Below, one piece after another: positions 49,753 through 58,924 of a stretch of 64,000 nt of DNA. A model generated the notes under the pieces. That model was not told the origin of the DNA, did no database searches, and worked only from the letters and a program-made list of their open reading frames with translations. Origin of the DNA: an uncultured Acidobacteriota bacterium. GTDB taxonomy: Bacteria; Acidobacteriota; Thermoanaerobaculia; Multivoradales; SZUA-115. Position 1 is the first letter of the stretch. Every line of letters starts with the position of its first letter. The DNA lies in NCBI GenBank assembly GCA_963805975.1, contig CAWDVR010000001.1:608001-672000 (forward strand), in the 5' to 3' direction. A program made the translations under genes and the position numbers.

Positions 49753-51119
49753 GCAGCCGGCTCGACCTGGTGATCCGCGGCGGCGAGGTGGTGACGCCGG
49801 AGGGTGTGGCCCGCGCCGATCTCGGCATTACAGAGGGCCGCATCGTGGTGGTGTCGCCGGAGATCGTCGAGCGAGCCTCCGAGGTGCTCGACGCCCGCGG
49901 TCTCTACGTCTTTCCCGGCATTCTCGACGCCCACGTCCACTTCAACGAGCCGGGACGCACGGACTGGGAGGGGCTGGCGAGCGGCTCGGCCGCGCTCGCC
50001 GCCGGCGGCGGTACGTGCTTTTTCGACATGCCGCTGAACTCGCTGCCGCCGGTGCTCGACGCCGCGAGCTTCGCTCTCAAGCGCACCGCGGCGGAGCGTG
50101 CCTCGCGCCTCGACTTCGGCCTCTGGGGCGGCCTGGTGCCGGGCAACCTCGACCACCTGGGCGAGCTGGCCGAGGCGGGCGCCGTGGGCTTCAAGGCGTT
50201 CCTCTGCGCGAGCGGGGTCGAGGAGTTCGAGGCGGTCACCGAGACCGCGGTCCTGGGGGAGGGAATGAGGCGCGCCGCCGCCCTGGGCTTGCCCGTGGCC
50301 GTCCATGCCGAGGACGACGCCTTGGTGAGCTCGCTCACCGACGCCGCGCGCCGGCGTGGGGCGACCGACGTGCGGTCCTGGCTCTCGACCCGGCCGGTGG
50401 CGGCGGAGGTGGAGGCGATTCGCCTCGCCTGCGAGCTGGCCGGCGAGACCGGCTGCGCCCTGCACGTGGTGCACGTGAGCAGCCCCGAGGGTGTTCTCGA
50501 GATCGCCGAGGCGAAGCGCCGTGGGGTCGACGTGAGCGCCGAGACCTGCCCGCACTACCTGCTGCTCACCGAAGACGAGGTGGTCCGCCTGGGCGCAGCG
50601 GCGAAATGCGCACCGCCGCTGCGCAGCGAAGCGCGGCGCCAGGCCCTCTGGGACGCGCTCCTCGCGGACAGCCTCGACACGCTCGGCTCGGACCACTCGC
50701 CCGCGCCGCCGTCGATGAAGACCGCGCTAGACTTCTTCGCCGTCTGGGGAGGCATCTCGGGCTGTCAGCACGGGTTCCCGCTCCTGCTGAGCGAGGCGCT
50801 CGCGAGGCATCCGGCGCCCGTGATCCTGCCGAGGCTCGCCGAGCTTCTGGCTGCGAACGTGGCACGGCGCTTCCGGGTCGGTCGCCGTAAGGGCCGTCTG
50901 GCCGAGGGCTTCGACGCGGACCTCGCGCTGCTCCAAGTAGGGGAGGAGCACACGCTGGCCAACTCCGACCTCCTCTACCGCCATCGGCAAGGGCCGTACG
51001 AAGGCCGCCGCTGCCGGGTCCGCGTGGTGCGCACCCTGGCGCGGGGCCGCACGGTGTTCGCGGCCGGCGAAACGTCATCCAACCCACCGGCCGGGGCTTT
51101 CCTCCGGCCGGAGACCTGA
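49749..51119 (+). CDS. allB: Allantoinase
   Basis: DAHVHFNEPGR, DMPLNS, GFKAF, VHAE, HVVH, ETCPHYL, KCAPPLR, SDHSP, WGGISG. Confidence 0.95.
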   Translation: MSSRLDLVIRGGEVVTPEGVARADLGITEGRIVVVSPEIVERASEVLDARGLYVFPGILDAHVHFNEPGRTDWEGLASGSAALAAGGGTCFFDMPLNSLPPVLDAASFALKRTAAERASRLDFGLWGGLVPGNLDHLGELAEAGAVGFKAFLCASGVEEFEAVTETAVLGEGMRRAAALGLPVAVHAEDDALVSSLTDAARRRGATDVRSWLSTRPVAAEVEAIRLACELAGETGCALHVVHVSSPEGVLEIAEAKRRGVDVSAETCPHYLLLTEDEVVRLGAAAKCAPPLRSEARRQALWDALLADSLDTLGSDHSPAPPSMKTALDFFAVWGGISGCQHGFPLLLSEALARHPAPVILPRLAELLAANVARRFRVGRRKGRLAEGFDADLALLQVGEEHTLANSDLLYRHRQGPYEGRRCRVRVVRTLARGRTVFAAGETSSNPPAGAFLRPET

Positions 51120-51128
51120 GGCCTCTAC

Positions 51129-51872
51129 ATGATCGAGCTATTCGGTCACACCCGCGCGCGCATCGCCGGCCGGCATGCGCTCATCACCCCGCACAACCAC
51201 GTCAACAGCGTGCTGCCCGGCGTCACCGGCGCCGCCTCGGTGGTGCTCATCAACCAGGCCATGGGCGCGGGCTTCGCGCAGACCTCGCTGACCTTCCAGG
51301 AGGGCGGCGCAGCCACTCTCCCGGCCGGCGAGCTCGAAACCTTCGGCTACGTGATGAGCGGCGGCGCGTCGGTTGCCGCGGGCGATCTCGGCGGCCGGCT
51401 CGCGGCCGGCGGGTATTTCTTCGCACCGCCGGGCTCGGGGTGGAGCTTGCGCGAGCCGGAGGAAGGCACGCGGTTGATGCTTTTCGAGAAGCGCTACGTG
51501 CCGCTGGCCGGTGCCCTGCCTCCGGGTGCCGTGATCAGCCGTGCGGACGCGGTGGAAGGCGCACCCTTCCTCGGCGACCCCGCCGCCGACCTCAAGGTCC
51601 TGCTGCCGGACCAGCCTTCCTACGACATGGCCGTGAACCTCTTCTCCTACCAGCCCGGCGGGCACCTGCCCTTCGTCGAGGTCCACGTCATGGAGCACGG
51701 GCTCGTCATGCTCGAAGGCACCGGCGTCTACCGGCTGGAGGACTCCTGGTACCCGGTGCAGGCGGGTGACGTGATCTGGATGGCGCCCTACTGCGCGCAG
51801 TGGTTCGTTGCCATGGGCAAGACACCCGCGAAGTACCTGTACTACAAGGACGTGAACCGGGCGGCGATCTAG
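51129..51872 (+). CDS. allE: (S)-ureidoglycine aminohydrolase (bicupin)
   Basis: PFVEVHVMEHGL, GDVIWMAPYCAQW, YLYYKDVNR. Confidence 0.93.
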   Translation: MIELFGHTRARIAGRHALITPHNHVNSVLPGVTGAASVVLINQAMGAGFAQTSLTFQEGGAATLPAGELETFGYVMSGGASVAAGDLGGRLAAGGYFFAPPGSGWSLREPEEGTRLMLFEKRYVPLAGALPPGAVISRADAVEGAPFLGDPAADLKVLLPDQPSYDMAVNLFSYQPGGHLPFVEVHVMEHGLVMLEGTGVYRLEDSWYPVQAGDVIWMAPYCAQWFVAMGKTPAKYLYYKDVNRAAI

Positions 51873-51891
51873 GCCTGATAATCTGGCGGCC

Positions 51892-54800
51892 ATGGCTTTT
51901 TCCTTCCATCTCAACGGCCGGCGGATCGAGGTGGATGGGCCGGCGCCTACCACCACGCTGGCGGATTTCCTGCGTTCCGAAGGCCTCACCGGCACCAAGA
52001 TCGGCTGCGCTGAAGGGGACTGCGGCGCTTGCACGGTGGCGCTCCTGGAGAACGACGCGGCCGGCCGGCCTACGTACCGCGCGATCAACAGTTGCATCGC
52101 GCTCCTGCCCATGGTCGCCGGCCGCGAGGTGGTGACGGTCGAGGGCCTGGCGGACGGCGAGCGGCTGCACCCGGTGCAGGCGGCGATGGTCGAGCAGTAC
52201 GGGTCGCAGTGCGGCTACTGCACTCCCGGCTTCGTGGTCTCGCTTTTCGAGGCCTTCTATCGCGAGGGCTGCCGCACCTCCCGCGACCTTTCCGACCAGC
52301 TCTGCGGCAACCTCTGCCGCTGCACCGGCTATCGGCCGATCCGCGACGCGGCGCTCGACGCGCTGGCAAAGCGGGACGAGCCGGCGAACGGCGAAGACCC
52401 GTTCCGCGCCCGCCTCGAAGCCGCAGTTCCGGTCCTCGACTCACTCGCCTACGAGGCGGCGGGAGAGCGGTTCTTCCGCCCTACCTCGCTCGCCGAGCTC
52501 TTCGCGCTCTGGTCCGCCCACCGGGAGGCACGCCTGGTGGCCGGTGCCACGGAGATCGGCGTCGATCTCAACAAGAAGTTCCAGGCGTTTCCGCTCCTGA
52601 TCTCGACCGAGGGCGTTCCGGAGCTGACGCGGATCACCTCGACCCCGGCCGCCTGGCGGATCGGCGGCGCGGCCACGCTCACCGCGGTCGAGGAGGCCTT
52701 GGCGGGAGAGTATCCGTCGTTCGCCAAGATGCTCCGCGTCTTCGCCTCGCGGCAGATCCGCAGCCGCGCGACGCTCGGCGGCAACCTCGCCACGGCCTCG
52801 CCGATCGGCGACACCGCGCCCGTGCTGATGACGCTCGACGCCGAGCTGGTGCTCGCCTCGGCCGCGGGCGAGCGCACGGTGCCGATCGCGGACTTCTTCA
52901 CCGCGTACCGCAAGACCGTGCTCGGGCCGGGAGAGCTGATCCGCGAGATCGTCGTGCCCCGTTTCCCCGCCGTGGGCCCGGGCGCGACGCGCCGGGTCGA
53001 CTTCCTCAAGGTCTCGAAGCGCCGAGAGCTCGACATCTCGATCGTGGCCGGCGCCTTCGCCCTGGACCTCGACGCCGCCGGCGTGGTGTGCCAGGCGCGG
53101 CTGGCCTACGGCGGGGTGGCCGCGACGCCGCTCCGTGCGCGGAGGGCGGAGGCGGCGCTCGAAGGCCGTACGCTTGCCGCCGCGGCGGAAGAGGTCGAGC
53201 GCATCCTCGCCGCGGACCTTCATCCCATCGACGACGTGCGCGGCGGTGCCGCCTACCGGCGTGGCCTGGTGGTCAGCCTGTGGCGAAAGTTCGTGACCGG
53301 GGAGGCGAGCGAGGCCCAGGATGGTGCGCTCGACTTCGAGCACGGGGAGCGCTGGCCGGGCTCCGACGCCTCGCGTGCCCTCCGCCACGAGAGTGGCGTG
53401 GGCCACGTCACGGGCCGCGCGCTCTACGCGGACGATCTCGCGCAGCGCCGGCCCATGCTCGACGTGTGGCCCGTGGTCTCGCCGCACGCGCGGGCGAGGG
53501 TCCTGCGCCGCGACGCCAGCCGGGCAGCGGCCGCGCCCGGCGTGGTCGCGGTGCTGCTGGCCGAGGACATCCCCGGCGAGAACAACGTCGGCGTGGCGCG
53601 CCACGACGAGCCGCTGCTGGCGGTGGACGAGGTCTCCTACCACGGCCAGCTCGTGGCGCTGGTGGTGGGGGAGTCGCAGCGCGCCTGCCGTGCCGCCGCG
53701 GCGCTGGTGGAGGTGGAGTACGAGCCGCTGCCGCCGGTGCTGACCCTCGCCGAAGCGATGGCGCAGGGGAGCTACCACACCGAGCCGCACGTGTTGGCGC
53801 GTGGCGACGTAGCCGCGGCGCTGGCCGCCGCGCCCTGCCGGCTGGACGGTAGCTTCGAGATGGGCGGCCAGGAGCACTTCTACCTCGAGACCCACGCCGC
53901 CTGGGCCGAGCCGGGCGAGAACGGCACGGTGCTGGTCTGCTCCTCGACGCAGCACCCCTCCGAGATCCAGGCCATGGTGGCCGAGGTGCTGGGCCTGCCG
54001 CGCAACAAAGTGGTGACCCGCGTGCCGCGCATGGGCGGCGGCTTCGGCGGCAAGGAGACGCAGGGCAACATGTTTGCGGCGCTCACCGCGCTGGCGGCCA
54101 CCAAGACCGGCCGGCCGGTGCGCGTGCAGCTCGACCGCGACCTCGACCTCGCCATCACCGGCAAGCGGCACCCGTTCCACGCCAGTTTCTCCGTGGGTCA
54201 CGACCGCGACGGCCGGCTGCTCGCGGCCGGGGTCGAGCTGGTGTCGAACGGCGGCTGGTCGCTCGACCTCTCGCAGGCCATCCTCGACCGCGCGCTCTTC
54301 CACCTCGACAACGCCTACTACCTGCCGGCGGTCCGCTTCTCGGGGCGCGTGGCGAAGACCAACCTCGCCTCCAACACCGCCTTCCGCGGCTTCGGCGGGC
54401 CCCAGGGCATGCTGGTGATGGAAGAGATCCTCGACCGCGTGGCGCGCCGGCTGGGTCTCGCACCCGAGGTGGTGCGCGAGCGGAACCTCTACCGTGGCTC
54501 GGGCGAGACCAACACCACGCACTACAACATGGAGATCGGCGACCAGCGGCTGCTGGAGGTCTGGCGGCGGGTGTTGGAGGAGTCGAGCTTCGCCGAGCGA
54601 AGGCTCGCGGTCGCGGCCTGGAACCGCGAGCACCGGACCGTCAAGCGCGGCCTCGCCGTGACGCCGGTCAAGTTCGGCATCTCCTTCACCCTCACGCACT
54701 ACAACCAGGCGGGCGCGCTCGTCCTGCTCTACCAGGACGGCAGCGCGCAGGTGAACCACGGCGGCACCGAGATGGGGCAGGGCCTGCACACCAAGGTGCT

Positions 54801-55704
54801 CGGCATCGCCATGCGGGAGCTGGGCCTCCCGGCCGAGCGCATCCGGCTGATGACCACTTCGACGGACAAGGTGCCCAACACCTCCGCCACCGCGGCCTCG
54901 GCCGGCGCGGACTTGAACGGCGCGGCCGTCGCCGCGGCGTGCAAGACGCTCCGCGAGCGGCTGGCGCCGGTGGCGGCCCGGCTGCTGGCCCAGCAGACGG
55001 GCATTGCCGTCGAGCCGGATGAGCTGGTGTTCGCGGACGGGGGCGTCCAAGCGGGCGAGGCACGGCTTTCCTTCGCGGCCGTCTGCAAGCAGGCGTACGT
55101 GGAGCGCGTCAGCCTCGCCGCCACCGGCTACTACGCGACGCCGGGGATCTCCTGGGACTGGTCCACGGCCACGGGCCGGCCCTTCTACTACTTCGTCTCC
55201 GCCGCCGCCGTGGCCGAGGTGGAGGTGGACGGCTCCACGGGCATGCACCGCGTGCTGCGAGTCGACATCGTGGAGGACGCGGGCGACTCGCTCAACCCCG
55301 GTGTCGATCGCGGGCAGATCGAAGGCGGCTTCGTGCAGGGCATGGGCTGGCTGACGCGGGAGGAGCTGCTGTGGGACGGCGAGGGCCGCCTCCTCACCCA
55401 CAGCGCCAGCACCTACGCCATCCCGGCGGTCAGCGACGCGCCGCTCGAGATGCACGTCACGCTGCTGACCAACGCACCGCAGGAGGGCGTGATCCACGGC
55501 AGCAAGGCGGTGGGCGAGCCGCCGCTGATGCTCGCCTTCTCGGTGCGCGAGGCGATCCGCGACGCCATCGCCGCCTTCGGCGAGACGGGCGGCGAGATCA
55601 CCCTACCTTCGCCGGCCACCTGCGAGGCGATCTTCCACGCGGTCCGGGCGCGGGAGGGGAGCCGAATCGAAGAAGCGCAAGCGGTGGAGGTGGTGGGGGC
55701 GTAG
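51892..55704 (+). CDS. Xanthine dehydrogenase, single-chain XdhA-XdhB fusion
   Basis: GCAEGDCGAC, QCGYCTPG, GNLCRCTGY; FAD domain AGATE, ATLGGNL; Moco domain GGQEHFYLE, GGGFGGKE, AFRGFGGPQG, EMGQG, SKAVGEPP. Confidence 0.95.
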   Translation: MAFSFHLNGRRIEVDGPAPTTTLADFLRSEGLTGTKIGCAEGDCGACTVALLENDAAGRPTYRAINSCIALLPMVAGREVVTVEGLADGERLHPVQAAMVEQYGSQCGYCTPGFVVSLFEAFYREGCRTSRDLSDQLCGNLCRCTGYRPIRDAALDALAKRDEPANGEDPFRARLEAAVPVLDSLAYEAAGERFFRPTSLAELFALWSAHREARLVAGATEIGVDLNKKFQAFPLLISTEGVPELTRITSTPAAWRIGGAATLTAVEEALAGEYPSFAKMLRVFASRQIRSRATLGGNLATASPIGDTAPVLMTLDAELVLASAAGERTVPIADFFTAYRKTVLGPGELIREIVVPRFPAVGPGATRRVDFLKVSKRRELDISIVAGAFALDLDAAGVVCQARLAYGGVAATPLRARRAEAALEGRTLAAAAEEVERILAADLHPIDDVRGGAAYRRGLVVSLWRKFVTGEASEAQDGALDFEHGERWPGSDASRALRHESGVGHVTGRALYADDLAQRRPMLDVWPVVSPHARARVLRRDASRAAAAPGVVAVLLAEDIPGENNVGVARHDEPLLAVDEVSYHGQLVALVVGESQRACRAAAALVEVEYEPLPPVLTLAEAMAQGSYHTEPHVLARGDVAAALAAAPCRLDGSFEMGGQEHFYLETHAAWAEPGENGTVLVCSSTQHPSEIQAMVAEVLGLPRNKVVTRVPRMGGGFGGKETQGNMFAALTALAATKTGRPVRVQLDRDLDLAITGKRHPFHASFSVGHDRDGRLLAAGVELVSNGGWSLDLSQAILDRALFHLDNAYYLPAVRFSGRVAKTNLASNTAFRGFGGPQGMLVMEEILDRVARRLGLAPEVVRERNLYRGSGETNTTHYNMEIGDQRLLEVWRRVLEESSFAERRLAVAAWNREHRTVKRGLAVTPVKFGISFTLTHYNQAGALVLLYQDGSAQVNHGGTEMGQGLHTKVLGIAMRELGLPAERIRLMTTSTDKVPNTSATAASAGADLNGAAVAAACKTLRERLAPVAARLLAQQTGIAVEPDELVFADGGVQAGEARLSFAAVCKQAYVERVSLAATGYYATPGISWDWSTATGRPFYYFVSAAAVAEVEVDGSTGMHRVLRVDIVEDAGDSLNPGVDRGQIEGGFVQGMGWLTREELLWDGEGRLLTHSASTYAIPAVSDAPLEMHVTLLTNAPQEGVIHGSKAVGEPPLMLAFSVREAIRDAIAAFGETGGEITLPSPATCEAIFHAVRAREGSRIEEAQAVEVVGA

Positions 55705-55791
55705 ATCCAGCCTGGGGAGAGTTTCGGAGAAGGAACCGGAAAGGGTTTGCTTCAGCCTGCGTGCTAAGTTACCAGCGGAGCGGGGAGACAT

Positions 55792-55998
55792 ATGAGCTTC
55801 ACGATCGAGATCGAGCGCGAGGAGGACGGCCGCTGGCTGGCGGAGGTGCCCGCCCTGCCAGGCGTGCTTTGTTACGCCGCTACGCGTGAAGAAGGGATCG
55901 CTCGGGCGCAAGCTCTCGCTTTGCGGGTGATCGCCGAACGGCTCGAACACGGCGAGGTGCCCGCCGAGCTTCTTCAGGTGTCCTTCCAAGCAGCGTGA
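55792..55998 (+). CDS. hicB: HicB-like antitoxin (short, no DNA-binding domain)
   Basis: IEREEDGRWLAEVPALPGV...TREE. Confidence 0.88.
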   Translation: MSFTIEIEREEDGRWLAEVPALPGVLCYAATREEGIARAQALALRVIAERLEHGEVPAELLQVSFQAA

Positions 55999-56207
55999 GC
56001 CACTTCTCGGCGACCCGGGCGAGGCGCGTCCTGGCTGCGCTTCTGCGTCTCGGTTGGGTGGTCAAGCGTCAGAGCGGCTCGCACCGCACCCTCGCGAGGC
56101 CGGGATGGCCCGACTTTGTCTTCGCCTTCCACGAGAACGAGGAGATCGGACCTCGAATGCTGTCGAGGATCGCTCGCCACACCGGCCTGCGACCTACGGA
56201 TCTCTGA
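55995..56207 (+). CDS. hicA: HicA toxin
   Basis: LGWVVKRQSGSHRTL, AFH..EEIG..ML..I; GTGA overlap. Confidence 0.88.
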   Translation: MSHFSATRARRVLAALLRLGWVVKRQSGSHRTLARPGWPDFVFAFHENEEIGPRMLSRIARHTGLRPTDL

Positions 56208-56273
56208 TCCAGGGCCAGCGGGTTTCTCGAAGGACAAGTTGCGCTAACGGGTAGGGGGTGCCGCCTAAACCAA

Positions 56274-56301
56274 CGAGGGCGGCCGGACCGGGCCGCCCTC
56301 G
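56274..56301. terminator. GC-rich hairpin between convergent hicA and the paralog array
   Basis: CGAGGGCGGCC-6 nt-GGCCGCCCTCG; no clear U-tract. Confidence 0.55.
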
Positions 56302-56326
56302 CCGTTGTCCACTCACACCTGAATCT

Positions 56327-57147
56327 CTACGGGCAGTCGTAGGGGTAGCACACCTCGCCGCCGCTGCAGTGCTGTTTGCTCTCGCCCTCGTACTCGTGGC
56401 AGGTCATCGGCCCGCAGGGGAGCAGAGGCCGGGTTCCCACTGGTAGCCCGCAGGGTCCCAGCCTGCCGCGAAGTTGGAGGTCCCGGCGAGGTGGGTGTCG
56501 GGGATGCCGTCGCCGTTGGTATCGGCGAAGGTGGGCCCGACGACCTTGCCGCCCGGGCCGGGCGTAAAGGACCAGGGCAGCGACTGCGCGGGGAAGGTGA
56601 AGCTGCCCGCGAGCTCGAGCGGGCGCGCCGCGCGGCCGGAGACCGGCACGAAGGTCAGGCGCACATCGACCGCCAGCGGGGCGACGAAGGTGCCGCCGCG
56701 CTCGTGGCTGCGGTAGATGTGCATCGTGGTCACACGCTGGGTGCCGGCGAGGCTGACGTGGACGTGGAAAGCGCCGCACGGCGTCTCGAGCGGGGCGGAG
56801 CTGACCATCGACAGGGCCTGGAACTGGACGCGCGTCACGGCACGGCCGCTCTCGTCGAAGGCGGCGTCGTCGAGGCGGGCGATCACCGTGTCGGTGCCGC
56901 GAAGCTGGCCGGGGACCGCGGTCTCGATCGGCAGGCCCTTGAAGGTGACGCGGCCGGTGAAGGCCGGCGAGCTCCGGCAGAAGAAGCCGGCGGGGATGGG
57001 GTCGTCGGCGAAGTCGTAGAACGTCTTGCCGTTGTCGAGGGTGACGAACACGTCGCTGCCGCGCTCGATCACCGGTGCGGCGTTTGCGGGGAAGGCACTG
57101 ATCGCGATGGTAACGGCGAGCGCGATCAGAAGTGCGGTCCTCTTCAT
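56327..57147 (-). CDS. Secreted paralog 4 of the Cys-rich-tip array; 1-nt deletion in a C run near 56418
   Basis: AAGGAG RBS, signal peptide, conserved core; restoring one C gives the tip LCSPCGPMTCHEYEGESKQHCSGGEVCYPYDCP*. Confidence 0.8.
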
Positions 57148-57175
57148 TTCGATCTCCTTGAGTTCCGGTGCGGTC

Positions 57176-57997
57176 TTAGGGACAGAGGACGTTCTCGCAG
57201 CCGGGTGGGGTGTACGGGAAGGAGCAGTGCATCTTGCCCGATCCGTCGTCGTGGCAGGTCACGCCCTGGCACGGGTTGCAGTCGTACCACTGGTAGACGG
57301 CAGGGTCCCAGCCCGCCGCGAAGTTGGAGGTCCCGGCGAGGTGGGTGTCGGGGACGCGGTCGCCGTTGGTGTCGGCGAAGGTAGGGCCGATGCCCTTGGC
57401 GTCCGAGGAGGGCGGGAAGGACCAAGGCAGCGCCTCCGCCGGGAAGGTGAAGCTGCCGTTGAGCTCGAGCGGACGCGCGGCGCGGCCGGAGACCGGTACG
57501 AAGCGCAGGCGAACGTCCACCGCCAGCGGAGCGACGAAGGTGCCGCCGCGCTCTTCGGTGCGGTAGATGCTCATAGAGGTCACGCGCTGGGTGCCGGCGA
57601 GGCTGACGTGGACATGGAAAGCGCCGCAGGTTGTCTCGAGCGGCTTGGAGCTGACCAGGGACAGGGCCTGGAACTGGACCCGGGTCACGGCGCGGCCGGT
57701 TTCGTCGAAGGTGGCGTCGTCGAGGCGGGCGACCACGGTGTCGGCGCCGTGGAGCTGCCCGGGGACGGCGGTCTCGAGCGGCAGGCCCTTGAAGGTGACG
57801 CGGCCGGTGAAGGCCGGGGAGCCCTGGCAGAAGAAGCCGGCCGGGATGGGGTCGTCGGCGAAGTCGTAGAACGTCCTGCCGTTGTCATGGGTGGTGAACA
57901 CGTCGCTTCCGCGCTCGATGACCGGCGCCGCGTTCGCGGGCAGGGTGCCGAGCGCGATTGCGAGGGCCAGTACCGTCAACAGTGCGATTCTTCTCAT
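57176..57997 (-). CDS. Secreted paralog 3 of the Cys-rich-tip array
   Basis: AAGGAG RBS, MRRIALL signal peptide; tip CNPCQGVTCHDDGSGKMHCSFPYTPPGCENVLCP*. Confidence 0.85.
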   Translation of the reverse strand: MRRIALLTVLALAIALGTLPANAAPVIERGSDVFTTHDNGRTFYDFADDPIPAGFFCQGSPAFTGRVTFKGLPLETAVPGQLHGADTVVARLDDATFDETGRAVTRVQFQALSLVSSKPLETTCGAFHVHVSLAGTQRVTSMSIYRTEERGGTFVAPLAVDVRLRFVPVSGRAARPLELNGSFTFPAEALPWSFPPSSDAKGIGPTFADTNGDRVPDTHLAGTSNFAAGWDPAVYQWYDCNPCQGVTCHDDGSGKMHCSFPYTPPGCENVLCP

Positions 57998-58025
57998 GGC
58001 GATCTCCTTGGTTACAGGTGCGTTC

Positions 58026-58841
58026 CTAGGGACAGACAATCTCTTGGCAGTGGGGCGGAGTGGGCGGCAAGGAGCAGTGCCACTTGCCCGTTCCGTCGTC
58101 GTGGCAGGTTTCCTGGCACTGGTTGCATTCGCCCCACCAGTTGACCTCGCTCGGGCGCCAGCCCGCCGCGAAGTTGGAGGTCCCGGCGAGGTGGGTGTCG
58201 GGGATACGGTCGCCATTGGTGTCGGCGAAGGCGGGGCCGGGGCCCTTGGCGCCAGATCCGGGAACGAAGGCCCAGGGCAGCGCCTGCGCGCCGAAGGTGA
58301 AGCTGCCGGTGAGCTCGAGCGGGCGTGAGGCGCGGCCGGAGACGGGCACGAAGCGCAGGCGCACGTCGACCGCCAGCGGGGCGACGAAGGTGCCGCCGCG
58401 CTCCTCGCTGCGGTAGATATTCATGGTGGTCACGCGCTGGGTGCCGGCCAGGCTGACGTGGACGTGGAAAGCGCCGCACGGCGTCCTGAGGGGGCTGGAG
58501 CTGACCAGGGACAACGCCTGGAACTGGACGCGAGTCACGGCACGGCCGCTCTCGTCGAAGGTGGCGTCGTCGAGGCGCGCGACCACGGTGTCGGCGCCGT
58601 GGAGCTGGCCGGGGGTCGCAGTCTCGAGCGGCAGGCCCTTGAAGATGACGCGGCCGGTGAAGGCCGGGGAGCCCTGGCAGAAAAAGCCGGCCGGGATGGG
58701 GTCGTCGGCGAAGTCGTAGAACGTCCTGCCGTTGTCATGGGTGGTGAACACATCGCTTCCGCGCTCGATCACCGGCGCCGCGCCCACGGGGAGGGCGGTG
58801 ATCGCGAGCGCCAGCACTACCAGCAGAACCGTTCTCCTCAT
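58026..58841 (-). CDS. Secreted paralog 2 of the Cys-rich-tip array
   Basis: AAGGAG RBS, signal peptide; tip CNQCQETCHDDGTGKWHCSLPPTPPHCQEIVCP*. Confidence 0.85.
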   Translation of the reverse strand: MRRTVLLVVLALAITALPVGAAPVIERGSDVFTTHDNGRTFYDFADDPIPAGFFCQGSPAFTGRVIFKGLPLETATPGQLHGADTVVARLDDATFDESGRAVTRVQFQALSLVSSSPLRTPCGAFHVHVSLAGTQRVTTMNIYRSEERGGTFVAPLAVDVRLRFVPVSGRASRPLELTGSFTFGAQALPWAFVPGSGAKGPGPAFADTNGDRIPDTHLAGTSNFAAGWRPSEVNWWGECNQCQETCHDDGTGKWHCSLPPTPPHCQEIVCP

Positions 58842-58865
58842 GGCAGTCTCCTTTCCTGGAAGTGA

Positions 58866-58895
58866 CGCCGGGAGCTGGAACGCGGGCTCCCGGCG
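58866..58895. other. Intergenic stem-loop between paralogs 1 and 2
   Basis: CGCCGGGAGC-10 nt-GCTCCCGGCG. Confidence 0.55.
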
Positions 58896-58924
58896 CGAAG
58901 ATCAGTCACCGCCATCCCGCTGCA

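Noticed and set aside
52441-55497. Long antisense and alternative-frame ORFs (also 3668-6583, 16500-18806, 39598-42228 and others)
   Set aside because: These are shadow ORFs typical of high-GC DNA, lying opposite motif-supported genes and lacking motifs of their own.
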